Assembly (NCBI RefSeq): GCF_009914755.1
Contig: NC_060927.1
Length of the DNA stretch: 64,000 nt
Source: the human T2T-CHM13v2.0 reference genome, Homo sapiens
Direction: 5' to 3' (one strand)
This document shows positions 23,280-34,453 of this stretch, one piece after another (the stretch's first letter is position 1; each line of letters begins with the position of its first letter). The translations under genes and the position numbers were made by a program. A model generated the notes under the pieces. The model worked only from the letters and a program-made list of their open reading frames with translations. It was not told where the DNA came from and ran no database searches.

Positions 23280-24300
23280 CACGTAGAAGTAGAAGCTGGT
23301 GGAAGGTTCTGGCTAGCGGCAAGTGCCTCTTAGATCAGGGCCGCATCTCTCTGGCTGACCACCGGACTAGGCCAGAGTGAACGCTGCCTGAAAGTAAGAC
23401 TTGGGCCTCTCAGGATGCAAAGGCAAGATGGCTGCCGCAGCCATCTGCAGGACATCAAAGTCTGCTGCCTGATGGTGCTTGGGCTGCCAAAGCTTCTAAA
23501 GGGTTTGGCGCCTGCCTGGAAATCGATGCAAACTGTCCATCTGCCGCATGGCACTGGCGACAGCTGATTCTTTTGCAGTCTGCAAGATGGACCCGACCTA
23601 AGCCAATCGGCCCCGGTCCCTGATTGCACAAGGTTTGTCCGACCCGTTTCATTAGCCAGACACACGAGATACAGTATGTGGTTTTTCATTTTGCTCGGTA
23701 CGTGACACTATAAACACCAATGGTGGGGATGAACTGAGAAACCAAAGGGGACATACTGCTGCTTCTGCAGAGAAAGCATATTGGCAATGTTCAAAGCATA
23801 TTGGGGCATAACAGTAGCCTAAAAACCCCAATATGGATTAGGACAGCTGACCAGATGTCTTGACTGACATTTTTAAACATGTTTCAAGGGTATCCCTACA
23901 GGACATAAAAGCTAACTATACATCTGTGGACTTCTTTTTTTGTCTCACCCCCACACAGCTTCAACTAAGTGTGTGGTGCATAGAAACTCGGAACGTAGCT
24001 AACAGCTCCAGGGACAAAGAAAAGCTTTGACATGCTCAGACTGTGGCCTACGTACCCAGGAAATGCTTGAGCTCCATTTGGAGTGAATGACTACTGGCAG
24101 CTGAGGGAATGAATGAACGCATGTCCCAAAAATGGATGTGTGCCGCTCTCCTGCAAGCTGCCCCTTTAAGAGAGTTTTTTTTTTTGTTTTTTTGTGGTTT
24201 TTTTTTTTTTTTTTTGGAATTGGAAGCTGTTCCTTCACTGCCCTATGCAACAAGCTTTTATGGACACTCCTGCAATTCAGTGTTCGGTGGTATATTCAGT
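23280..24300. promoter_or_regulatory. CpG-enriched promoter/enhancer-like segment
   Basis: 18 CpG in 23282-23702 against a strongly depleted background; NF-Y-type AGCCAATCGG (23601-23610); YY1-like CAAGATGG (23424, 23583); minus-strand TATA-like CATAAAAG (24262-24255); no recognisable repeat. Confidence 0.55.
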
Positions 24301-25004
24301 TTTGCTCTTGGCTGACCTGGTTGGGGCTGTGGCAATCGGAAAGCCAGGAAATTGGCAGTGAAATGGAGAGTGGGTAGAAGGGGAGAGAGATTAGGATTTT
24401 AGGGAAGAGGGGCAAAATTATAATTTCCATTTACAAATTATAGGCTTGTCAGCATGAGAGATTAAGCTGGGTTTTAAAAGTTTGAAAATCACAAGGAAAA
24501 GCTGTACTTTTATAGCTTTTAACTTTTAATATTTGGGACCTCAAATGTTGGAGTTATATTCTGGGTTCTTTGTGGTAAAGCATATCTAACCAGAAATGAT
24601 GCTTACTTAAGATTTCATATGTTTCAAAAGATTATGTTTTTCTTAATTTAAAATGAGCTAGAGGTTAATCCCAACCCCCATTTTGAACTGTAGGAGGCTG
24701 TAGTATGGATTAAACACAGCGTCTTCTTTTTCTTCTTTTCCTTGAGAGCGAATTTGGCATATAACTTGCCACTGGATGTCTTTGTCAGACTTTGTCTTCA
24801 TACCTAGTTAGCTTTCTATCTGGATCTTTCTGAGCATGGCAGAATATTGGGCCTGCAGATTTACTGGTGCTGATGGTTAGAGGATGCAGGTTTTGTAGCT
24901 CAAAACCTTCTTTTCCTTAATAATTAGCATTTACATGAATCAGAAATAAACTTTTCACTTTCAACTAAAATGTGCATGATAGTAAAGCTAGGCTTATCTT
25001 AGAG

Positions 25005-25190
25005 AATCGTGGACTCATTTTTTAAGAGTTGGAATGGAAATTTGAGATGATCTCAGCCAAAATTCTTGTATTGAGGAGGATGTTGTGATGAAGAGGAAGA
25101 TGAAGTGACATGTCCAAAGAAACACGGCAGCCAGGTCATGGCTGAGTTGGTCCTAGAGCCCTGGACTCCCAATCCTGTGTGTTTCCCTCT
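25005..25190 (-). mobile_element. MIR3-like SINE
   Basis: AGAGTTGGAATGGAAATTTGAGATGATCT...AAGTGACATGTCCAAAGAAACAC...CTAGAGCCCTGGACTCC. Confidence 0.6.
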
Positions 25191-26819
25191 ATCTGAATGA
25201 GGTCATCTTGACAACTGGACTTGCGCTCTTTAGGAGAGCAATACACTACATACCTGGATCATATTTTCTTTGACTAAAGAAAAAAAAAGGAAAGATAATG
25301 AAGTTAGAGATATTATAATTAAAAACTCCAAAATCTTGCCATGACCAGGAGGCGCTATGCAATAAATTAAAAGATTTCTTCAACTCAGCTTTTATCTATC
25401 TGCTGTTTACAAGGCTGTTTCAAAAAATATTTGCCCTGAGATGGGCAAGCACTGAGGTTTGTTAACTGAGTGGTGAGCTGGCACACACTGCAGAGGGCTC
25501 AGACCTGAGTGCCTAGTGACCATCCTTTACTTGGAGAAACTGGGAGGCAGCCCCACTCCCATATGTAATTCAAGCGTGCCTTCTCTCTGCTAGAGTCCTC
25601 CAGTAAAAATTGGCATAGCTGATGGGAGCTGTGGGTTCTTACATACATGATGAAAGTTTATGTGCTGGTTATAGAAACCAGCACATAAACATATTTTCTT
25701 GTCTATGTTGGCACAGGCAACTCCTTTCCACAGATAGTTAAAAAATAATGCCAGGTGCAGCATAAATAAAAGTTCTTCACAGACACTGTGCCATTAAACT
25801 TTCTTTTGTAAATGAAAGTCTTCCTTTGTTCCCTACTTCTTGCTGAAACAACTTTTATATTGGCCGATGAAAAGAGAAGGCTCCCAGACACAAACCTTCC
25901 AAAAGAACATGTTTATTACTGTAGAGTCTGGATTCCAGGGCCCAATTCTTTATATCCCTTCTTTCTAACTTGAAATCCATTTTTTTCAAAGATGAATGGA
26001 TGTTGTAGAAAACCTTTTCCTTACCAGACAACACCAAAATATAGGGCAGTTTTGATTCCATCTCATGTGGTAGGCTCATAAAAATCATTCCATTAGGCAT
26101 AGTCATAGCATTTATTTAGTCTGCTTGGGTGAGCTGGAGAAAAAATTACAAATGTGCTGAAGTTGTGATTTGAAAAAAAATCACAAATTAAAACTGGAGA
26201 ATGTAAAAACTGAGGCAGAATGTTTCAGCACAATTTATGAGGTTTATTTAAATACTGCAATTCTTGCTAATAACTTGTGAACAAATCTCAACTTAAAAAA
26301 AGTCAGAATGAGCAAAAGATTATTTTAAACTCTTCCATTATCTTCTATTGCATCCCTCACTATTCTCACTTACCATGATAGCCTTTCCTGGGAGCCAAGA
26401 CTTCCTGAGATGCTATACAAGTTAAGGCAGGATGGAGCATCAATCATTAATGTTTCTTTAGCAAAATTCTGTCTTGAAACCTGACTTTATTTGTCCAAGA
26501 GATCCAGGTGGAAACAACTGTTTCGTTGATGGTTTTTTTGGGGAAGAACTGGCTCCTACCTCTAGAATATTCGGGTTGTAGAAGCAGCCAATTAGTTGCC
26601 TTAGGAAAGAACATGAAGACAGATTGAGAAGTTACTGGGTTGGGGAGCAATGGTTTAAGTGTGGCTGTTACTTCTTTCTATGAGCACCTGTGCACTTCTC
26701 CCCACTAACATGCACTGGCCTGGCATTTGTCTATTTTCTGGATTTCTTTGGATCTACATGATGATAAATGGCTGGGTAGAAAGGCCAACCATCCAGGTGT
26801 TTTAACTAAATGTTCCAGG

Positions 26820-26940
26820 CATTTCATCAACATTTATTGAGTGGTTCTTACAAATAAGGGTGAGTGCTAAAGGCATTGGGAGATAACAAGGTGAATAGGA
26901 TACATTTTCTATTCTTAAGAAGTTTGCAGCAGAGTCAGGC
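26820..26940 (-). mobile_element. L2 3'-end fragment
   Basis: TCAACATTTATTGAGTGG...GTGCTAAAGGCATTGGGAGATAACAAGGTGAATAGGATAC. Confidence 0.6.
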
Positions 26941-29289
26941 TTTGTGCAGAATCCAAAAGACCTTAACTGGATCCTGGGGATTTTTAACAAATTCAATGGG
27001 TACAAGTGGAGGAAAGCTATGGTTTGACAGACTGTATGTCTATAGGCCATATCCATGAATCAGACAGAGTAGACTCTTTAGCCTGTTTCTTCAAAAAACG
27101 ATGTCCATTGCATAGGGTTGAAAGATCATAATTCCAGCAGGAATTTGCAACTTCGCTGACTGATGCATTTCTGGTGCTGAGTCAGGACTAGAATTTGCTC
27201 TAAAGCAGGGCTTGGGGTGTGAATCATAGATTGTGTTATGGATAAGGTGCTTGTGTAATTATCCTTAACCAGGGTCTTTTTAAAACTAAATGGATGCTAT
27301 CAATAATTATGCTGAGATAACAGGAGTAAACTGTGGTGTCCTGAGCAAATGGTCACTCTGGCTATAGATGAGACTAACCCAGGTTAAGCTTCGTGAGTAT
27401 ACCTGTGGGAGGGGGAGTGTTTCTGAGATCACCTGGTGTGATAGCTCCAGACTCAAAGACACCAAATTGAAATGATGTGAAAATGCAACTTTAATGGCCA
27501 TGCCGATAGCACTTGTTTTGACATTCCTTTCTTGGACCATGCTCTTTTTAGCTACCTTTCCATTACCTCATGACCAGTAGGGAATTAAGTGTGACAATGA
27601 TTTAGATCATCTACCTTCAGATAATCTAGAGTTACCAGATTAGTTGCATCTTCACAGTTAAATGCACTGGAAAGCTAAGTTCTGTTCTGTTTACTACAGA
27701 AAAAAAAAATGCCTGGGATAAAATTCTGAAATATTTTCAGTGGCAGTATAAAAAATTGTTAAGGTAGTATCTCTTTAATTTTTCTTTGCTTTAAAACTCA
27801 GATTTAAAATATTTTATTAACAATATCTTATCCATTTTGCTTGTTTTGCAAATTTTATGATGAAAGCACCTTAGGAATCACTGTGATTTCTTCCTTGAGG
27901 ATATTTTATTCTCTCATGAATTATATTGAACTTAGTGAAAACATGCTGTTTGGCACACAGTAAGAGTTCAATAAATGTTAAGTAAATAAATAATTTTGGA
28001 TAAAACAAAGTAAAAATAAGTCATCTAATTTCCTTTCTAATTTAATTATGGACTTTCAAAATTCTTTAAGAAATTATTCCTTAGCAGAGAATATGAATGT
28101 GTGTTTGTGAGTAATTTTCAAGTCACTTACCTGTATTGCTGTGCTGAATGTACATTGGGGTGTGTATGTTGAGGTGTGCGTGTGTGTATAATTAACTGTT
28201 CACTGAAGCCTAAAGCTGTTACCAGAGCATAGCATTTAAAATTTACCACTTTCCTATATTCCTTATAGAAATTCTACCTGATGCTTATATTTCATAATCT
28301 GTATGTTCTGTGAGGATGAATTCATCTTACTGTCATCTTCTCATCTTTCATGGGGCAGCTATAATAACTATAAATGGCTCTACCTAGCGTGCCTAGCATC
28401 CTCTCAGACAGAATTCAACAACATGGTGCTTATTTTTAAATAATGATGACAATGAGGAAATAGAATCTTCATTTGGGTGTATTTTATAAATATAAGCTCA
28501 AAGAAAGGGACCCAGAATTTTTCACTATGTTTTCATCCAAATCATTAAAAGCAATATAAAATGCAGATTGCTTAGTCCATGAAAATTTTAATGTTAATTT
28601 GATATTTAGTAGGAATTGTGGCTTAATAAAACCATCTATTGTATTTAAGATAAAAAGCAGAGATGCTACACAAAATCTTAGTCTTAGGAGGAAAAAATGC
28701 ATAGACTGTATTTAGAAGGAGTGTGAAGAGTAATTGGCAAATTGTGGATTCTGTACACTGTTAAAATTTTATGCTTTAACCCAAACAAAATTAATAGTCC
28801 ACTTGGGTTTTGGAAAGATTGCTCCTGGACCAGTAGTGTATTTCTGAATGACATAAATATAAGAAAATTAGAAATTAACTTTAAATGGATTTAGGCTTCT
28901 TACAGAAATGAGAGCCACCCTTACACAAATTACTAAATCTATTCAGAGTAATTTATCAAGCAGTTATATGTTGTTTTGCTGTGTTGAAATTCCAGAAAAT
29001 TTAATAACAACATACTTTCTGGAAATTGCATTAGCATAGACCATTAATAAGTTAGACCTATGGAACTTATGTGGGAGTATACTGTTGCTATTAGCAATGT
29101 ATAGTAAAGTAGAAACTGGTTATCACTTAAGCATATCTATGGTAATGCCAAAAGATCAGGTTTTTCCAAAAGCTTTTGGTATCATCTGAAATAAGCACTT
29201 AGAAAATTGTTCTATGGTATTTAGCAGTTAATGTGAGCCAACAGTGGTGAGATAAGTGGTCCCACATGAAAAGGATATGGGAAGCCAAT

Positions 29290-29455
29290 TATAGAATTTT
29301 ACAGCCAGAAGCGTTCTTATCATCTAACTACTTCAAACCCCAGATAAACAGGTTCAGAGAGGTCAAGTGAGTTGCTCAAAGTCACACAGCTAGTTCATGG
29401 TAGAGCTAAAATGAACCCTGGGTCTCCAGGCTCTCGGCAGAGTGCTTTGTTTGTC
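29290..29455 (-). mobile_element. MIR/MIR3
   Basis: AGGTTCAGAGAGGTCAAGTGAGTTGCTCAAAGTCACACAGCTAG...TGAACCCTGGGTCTCC. Confidence 0.75.
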
Positions 29456-31451
29456 ATATCACATAAAAATTGTAAAATGCTGGGTTAACACTACTCACAA
29501 ATAAGCAGGGATCTGGCAGCTGATGGATAAATTTGGCTGGTGCAAACAATTAAGCAAAATAACTCTAACATTGCAAAAAGTGTGGAAATTTATTTTATCT
29601 TTGATGTGGATTTTTAAAAGGGAGGCTTCTAGCTGGTCAAACTTAAATCATTGCTAACTTGTCATAAAGGGTTGCTTTACTTTTAGAGATCCACAAAATA
29701 ATGATTCAGAAATGTGATTCATGCTTACAACTTGTTAACACCCAACAGTGATGGCAAAGTGTTGAAGCTTTCTAACTCAGACTTCCTTAAAATAATTAGG
29801 GAACAGAATAACTTACTTAAAGTGCAAGAAAAGAGGTCATTTGGGCCACAACCCAAGCCATTTTTATCTTACTTGGGGATTTTCCAGTTGTTTTAGACAC
29901 ATCAAACTTGGAAAACAAAGACAGCTGATCATTAAAAATTAAACCTAGTGCATTCCTAAGCCACCTCTTCAGTTGGTAAAGGGAAGGCGGTGTAAGTGGA
30001 GACTTGCAGCTGTGTTCCAAGTTAATTAGGGGTTTTCAGTTTGGCCAGTCACCCTATTTGCTCTTTGACCTTGCTGGTGCCTCTGCTGGTCTCCTTTGTG
30101 GCCCTGTCCTAGAAATGCGTTCTCCTTTTTACGTGGTTCAACTGTATTTGCAATTACAATGGTCTCCCAGAGCATTAAGAAGGCTAGGTCATCAGATAAC
30201 CACAAGCTAAAGGTTTCAACTACAGCTATTCACAGTTTTCCTGAAAACCCAAGTATCATATCAGTGGTGGAGAGGACCTACAAAGTGGCAGCTATAGCAG
30301 CGAGAAATTTGAAAAAGATAAATGGCGTGGTTTGGAGTGCTCTGACAATAGCAGGTGTGAAAATAGATTATTTCTTCCCTCTCTGCAGCTACTCGTGTCA
30401 CTTTCTACCCTTAGTCCTTTGTTATTATTGCATGTATTTTGGCATTATTACATCTGCCTCATTTCATGACACTGAAAAAACAAGGTTCAGAAAGGCTGAA
30501 CTTTTAATTGTGGTGAGAAATAAGTTAGTTTAATTATTCTTGGGTAATAGAAAAGATGGGTTTTGTTTCTCTCCCTAAGTCCTTCCTTCCTAATCGCAAT
30601 TCAACACTCTTTACCCAGTCTTGCTATGTATGAACTTCATGCTGCTAGACAAATAAATTCTTTGGAAAAATGCACATTTTTATTTGGAAATAATGCCATC
30701 TCTTTGTTAGATTTGCAGCAATCCTATTTTGCCTCTACTGTTTTTAAGTCGAAAATGAAAAATTATATAGAAGATGTTTGTGCATCATATTGTGCTGAAT
30801 GGTATGTAGGTCAGCATGCTGCAGCACCGCAGATAAGGGACAGGGAACAAGTGTTCTATGTACTTACAAGCAAATATCAGTCATAATAGAGGAAGACAGA
30901 TCTACAAGAGCGTTTTGGCTTCGGAAATGTTTCTTGTCATTAGCATTTAAAAAAAGCTATGAGATTCAGGCCTATCAGCACCGATTCACAGCAAACCCTG
31001 GCTTGCACAGGTTGTTATCTATTTCGCACAGAGGTACAGCTGGTTAGCAAATGGATTTGCAGATTTTTTTTTTTTTTTTGCAGGGATGAGTAAAAAGGCA
31101 AAGAATCAGGTACTTACAACCCATTCAGAATGTAACAATTTTGTTTGTGTTATAAACCAAACCTTCTGTTTTTGCAAACTGCATTATTTTTAGAAACAGA
31201 ACCAAGAAAAAAACCCAGCTGATTTAAAAAAAATCTTTATTCATATTCCAGTATCCCTAAGGGTTCTAATATCCATGAAGTAATACCAGCAAAGAGAGCA
31301 ATAAGAACAGCAGACTCCCATGATTCAGTTTACAATGCTGCTTTATTGTGTTAGCAGTCAAGTCAAAAGGCAATATCTAATATTTTTAATTTTTTATTCC
31401 TCTCTGTACTCCGAGATGCAAAGGGGGAGAAAGTGCTGGGTAAAGGTACAA

Positions 31452-31486
<35 letters not shown>

Positions 31487-31532
31487 GTGTCTGTGAGAGA
31501 GAGAGATTAGAGGGACATGCACAGAGAGAGAG
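31452..31532. repeat. Compound (TG)n/(GA)n microsatellite
   Basis: Direct inspection. Confidence 0.9.
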
Positions 31533-32979
31533 AATATTATTGAGTCTTTATTTGGAAGGGTAAGGGTAATGCATTTTAATATTTATGTGAATTGATATCA
31601 ATTATCAGAAAGGATATCATGACACAAGGAATATCATAATTTTGTCTGAAACTATACTATAATGGTAAATCTAGCTGATTTAAGTTCTTTGGGAAAAAAG
31701 GGCAATTACTGAGAAGAGAAAATAGACAACAAGGTGTTTCTGCCTCCCAGGTCTGGAGATATTTAAACCCTTCTCTTTTATTAAAGAGTTGTTTGGGGAG
31801 TTTCCCAAATCAAGAGATGGTACAGTGACCACCACATTTAATCACCTGGGTGTTTATAGACCTCTGTCAAATAGTTCTCTGTAAAGATGCTGAGTTGTAC
31901 TGGGTGTAAGACTTGGCTTGCCAAAAAGCATTGCTCCCTACATCAAGCCTAGTGGATGAATTACCATGAATGATTAGACATGCACTCTACTAGGCTCCCA
32001 GTGCCACAGTTACTGTTCACATAGACAATACTTACACTAGATCTCTTTCTAGTACTATTTGCTTCATTAATAGGGAGGTGGCAGAAACTTGTGCAGCCAG
32101 GCAGGATAAGCTAAATTCTCTGTCAACATCTTAGACTTAGATCAAAGATTGGAATGAGGCAAGGGTGCATGGGGGGAGATGATGAAAGAGTAAACAGAAA
32201 TTAAGAAATGGATTGGATATTCTGGAAACATTTGATAAATGAAACACTGTCAAAGTACAACACTGAGTATTTTTGATTACAGCACTATATTAGGAAATAG
32301 ACAATCAGCCACTTCACTTGTAAATCAAGTTTTCCTGAGTTAGTTTATTCCTCTGTCTGGCAAGGCAAATACATTAGTCTTCAGTTAAATCACTATACCC
32401 TATCCAATTATCTTTTGTGGAAGCATTCTGAAGAACAGGTCTTGCTTTCCCCTTTTTTGTTTTATTATCTTAGTATGTCCTCTCTCAGGGAGGTAATGGA
32501 TAGAACTGCATTTTAATTTAATTAGTGACTTTGTAATCATATATATTTTTATTTAATGCATTTAAAACATTATTCTAAAAAGGGGTCCATAAGCTTCATT
32601 AGTATTCCATGGCCCAAAAAAGGTTACAAGGTAGATCTGATAGAGAATAGACCCTTGGGGGAAAATAAAACAAATGGTGAGAGGTCCTTCTATAAAAACG
32701 TCCCCAGAGTCAAGTGGCAGGTACTAGGTCCTCCTTCGTTTCTCACTGCCTCTGAAAATCAGAATGTCTTAAATGCTGAGGACCCAACCAAGCTGAAGGA
32801 CTAGGTAGAGAAAAGTGTGTAAAACAGGATGGGCTTCTGGCATAAAGAAGTACAATCCTTATTATTCATGTTCATGTGTTTCCTTCTGTTCTCAGGAAAC
32901 TTGCCATCATTTTCTCCCTACTCTTTTCCTGCCTTCCTCTGCTCTTTCTTTTGAATAATCCTTATTTCTTTTACTAAAA

Positions 32980-33088
32980 TTCCTATAAGCTGTAGGCTTC
33001 AAGAGAACAGCCTGCTCTGTGTTCTTCACAGGATCTGGTGTGGCATAGGAGGTCAATAAACATCAAATAAATAAATGAATGAATGAAT
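32980..33088 (+). mobile_element. L2 3' terminus
   Basis: TGGCATAGGAGGTCAATAAACATCAAATAAATAAATGAATGAATGAAT. Confidence 0.65.
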
Positions 33089-33160
33089 CAAAGTTTGTGT
33101 AATGGGAAATGATAGTGTAGTCGGGAGAGTTCCCATGTGGACAAACGAGCTTAAAAAAGC

Positions 33161-33556
33161 TGTTGAATCAAGTTTGGCCTAAAACTGCCTTCTTATGTAT
33201 TTTAAGTTCAGCCTAAATGTTTCTCTGTACGTAGTGAACTATAACCTAGATGGAAGTGTAAACAGACTGTAATCTACTCTTGTGCCAATCACCACTTGCC
33301 AATTAAAGGGGGCCAACTGTTCAAACTGTGTTCAAATAATGCAAACGTCAAGCTGTAACCAAAACGACTGTTTCTATACCTCACTTCCACTTTCTGTGCA
33401 TCACTTTCCTGTTTCTGTTCATAAATCTTCCACCATGCGGCTGTGCTGGAGTTTCTCTGAACCTACTCTGGCTGAGGAGGCGGCTCGATTCACAAATTGT
33501 TCCTTGCTCAATTCAACTCTGTTAAATTTAATTTGTCTGAGATTATTCTTTTAACA
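33161..33556 (+). mobile_element. MER57 (MER57B-like) ERV1 solo LTR
   Basis: TGTTGAATCAAGTTTGGCCTAAAACTGCC...GTGCCAATCACC...CCTCACTTCC...TTCTTTTAACA with TG..CA termini. Confidence 0.85.
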
Positions 33557-33859
33557 GTGCCAATATAGTGTCAATCAAATGTGGAAATGAAGAAGTGTAT
33601 AGAAAAAGTTTCAGTTCTACCAGATAACAAACTCTAAGCCTCAGATGTGAGAATCTCTAGCAAAGACTGATCTGAATGTATGGACCATGTCTCCTTTCTT
33701 CTTTGTCCCTCCCAACGTTGACTGCTTAGGCAGCAAGGTCAGTGTTCCCAGATATGAAGACTACATGACATCCCCAGGCACATCACCTGTATTATGATGA
33801 GGGCTCTCTAGGTCGGGTTGGTCTGGACCTTTATAGCTACTAACCTCCTCTTTAAAAAC

Positions 33860-34310
33860 ATTAAAAAAAATCCTAGGCGTAGAAATAACACAAAAGAGTA
33901 GTAAAATAAACATCCAAAATTCAGCAGGAGAATGTTGCAAATACTGTTGCAGCCCCCTTTCATCTGTTCTAAACCCATCCTTCACCTTCCCTAAGAGTAA
34001 AGCAATCACCGTTCTGATTTTGGTTTATCATTGCTTTGCCTTTTGTTAAAGTTCTATTACATAGCTGTTTATCAATGATCTATTTCTTCCTTTCTATTTT
34101 TTTTTTACAAAAGGTATATGTCTGTCTTACATACTTTTCATGCAACTTAATTCTTTCTTTAAAATTATGTATCTGAAATCTATCCATGTCGATATATGTA
34201 GCACTATTTCACTGATTTTTCAGTGTTGCATGGTCTTCTATTATGTGAGTAAACACAATTTATTTGTACAATTGCCTGTCGATAACATTTTGGATTGTTT
34301 CTGTCTCTTT
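33860..34310 (-). mobile_element. Ancient L1 (L1ME-like) 3' region
   Basis: TATCCATGTCGATATATGTAGC...CACAATTTATTT...ACATTTTGGATTGTTTC are antisense L1 3' motifs. Confidence 0.7.
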
Positions 34311-34453
34311 GGTCTCCTGAGGCTGAACATAAAGAAAGAAATACATTTTAATTTATTAAAAATGTATTTTTGTTGCAGAGAAATATGACAAGGTGATCAA
34401 CAAAATACTTTTAAACATATAAGGTATTAAATAAGGGTGAAGTCCAAGGAGTC

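Noticed and set aside
22976-23380. 134-aa ORF with a (VC)n tract
   Set aside because: Kept open by the (GT)30 and poly-T repeats; non-ATG start
19400-24300. A known miRNA hairpin or named gene for the predicted lncRNA
   Set aside because: No mature miRNA or gene sequence that I could recognise, so no symbol is assigned
28125-28135. Perfect minus-strand donor CAG|GTAAGT (other isolated donors near 750, 10893 and 26025)
   Set aside because: No convincing paired acceptor found; several such motifs are expected by chance per strand
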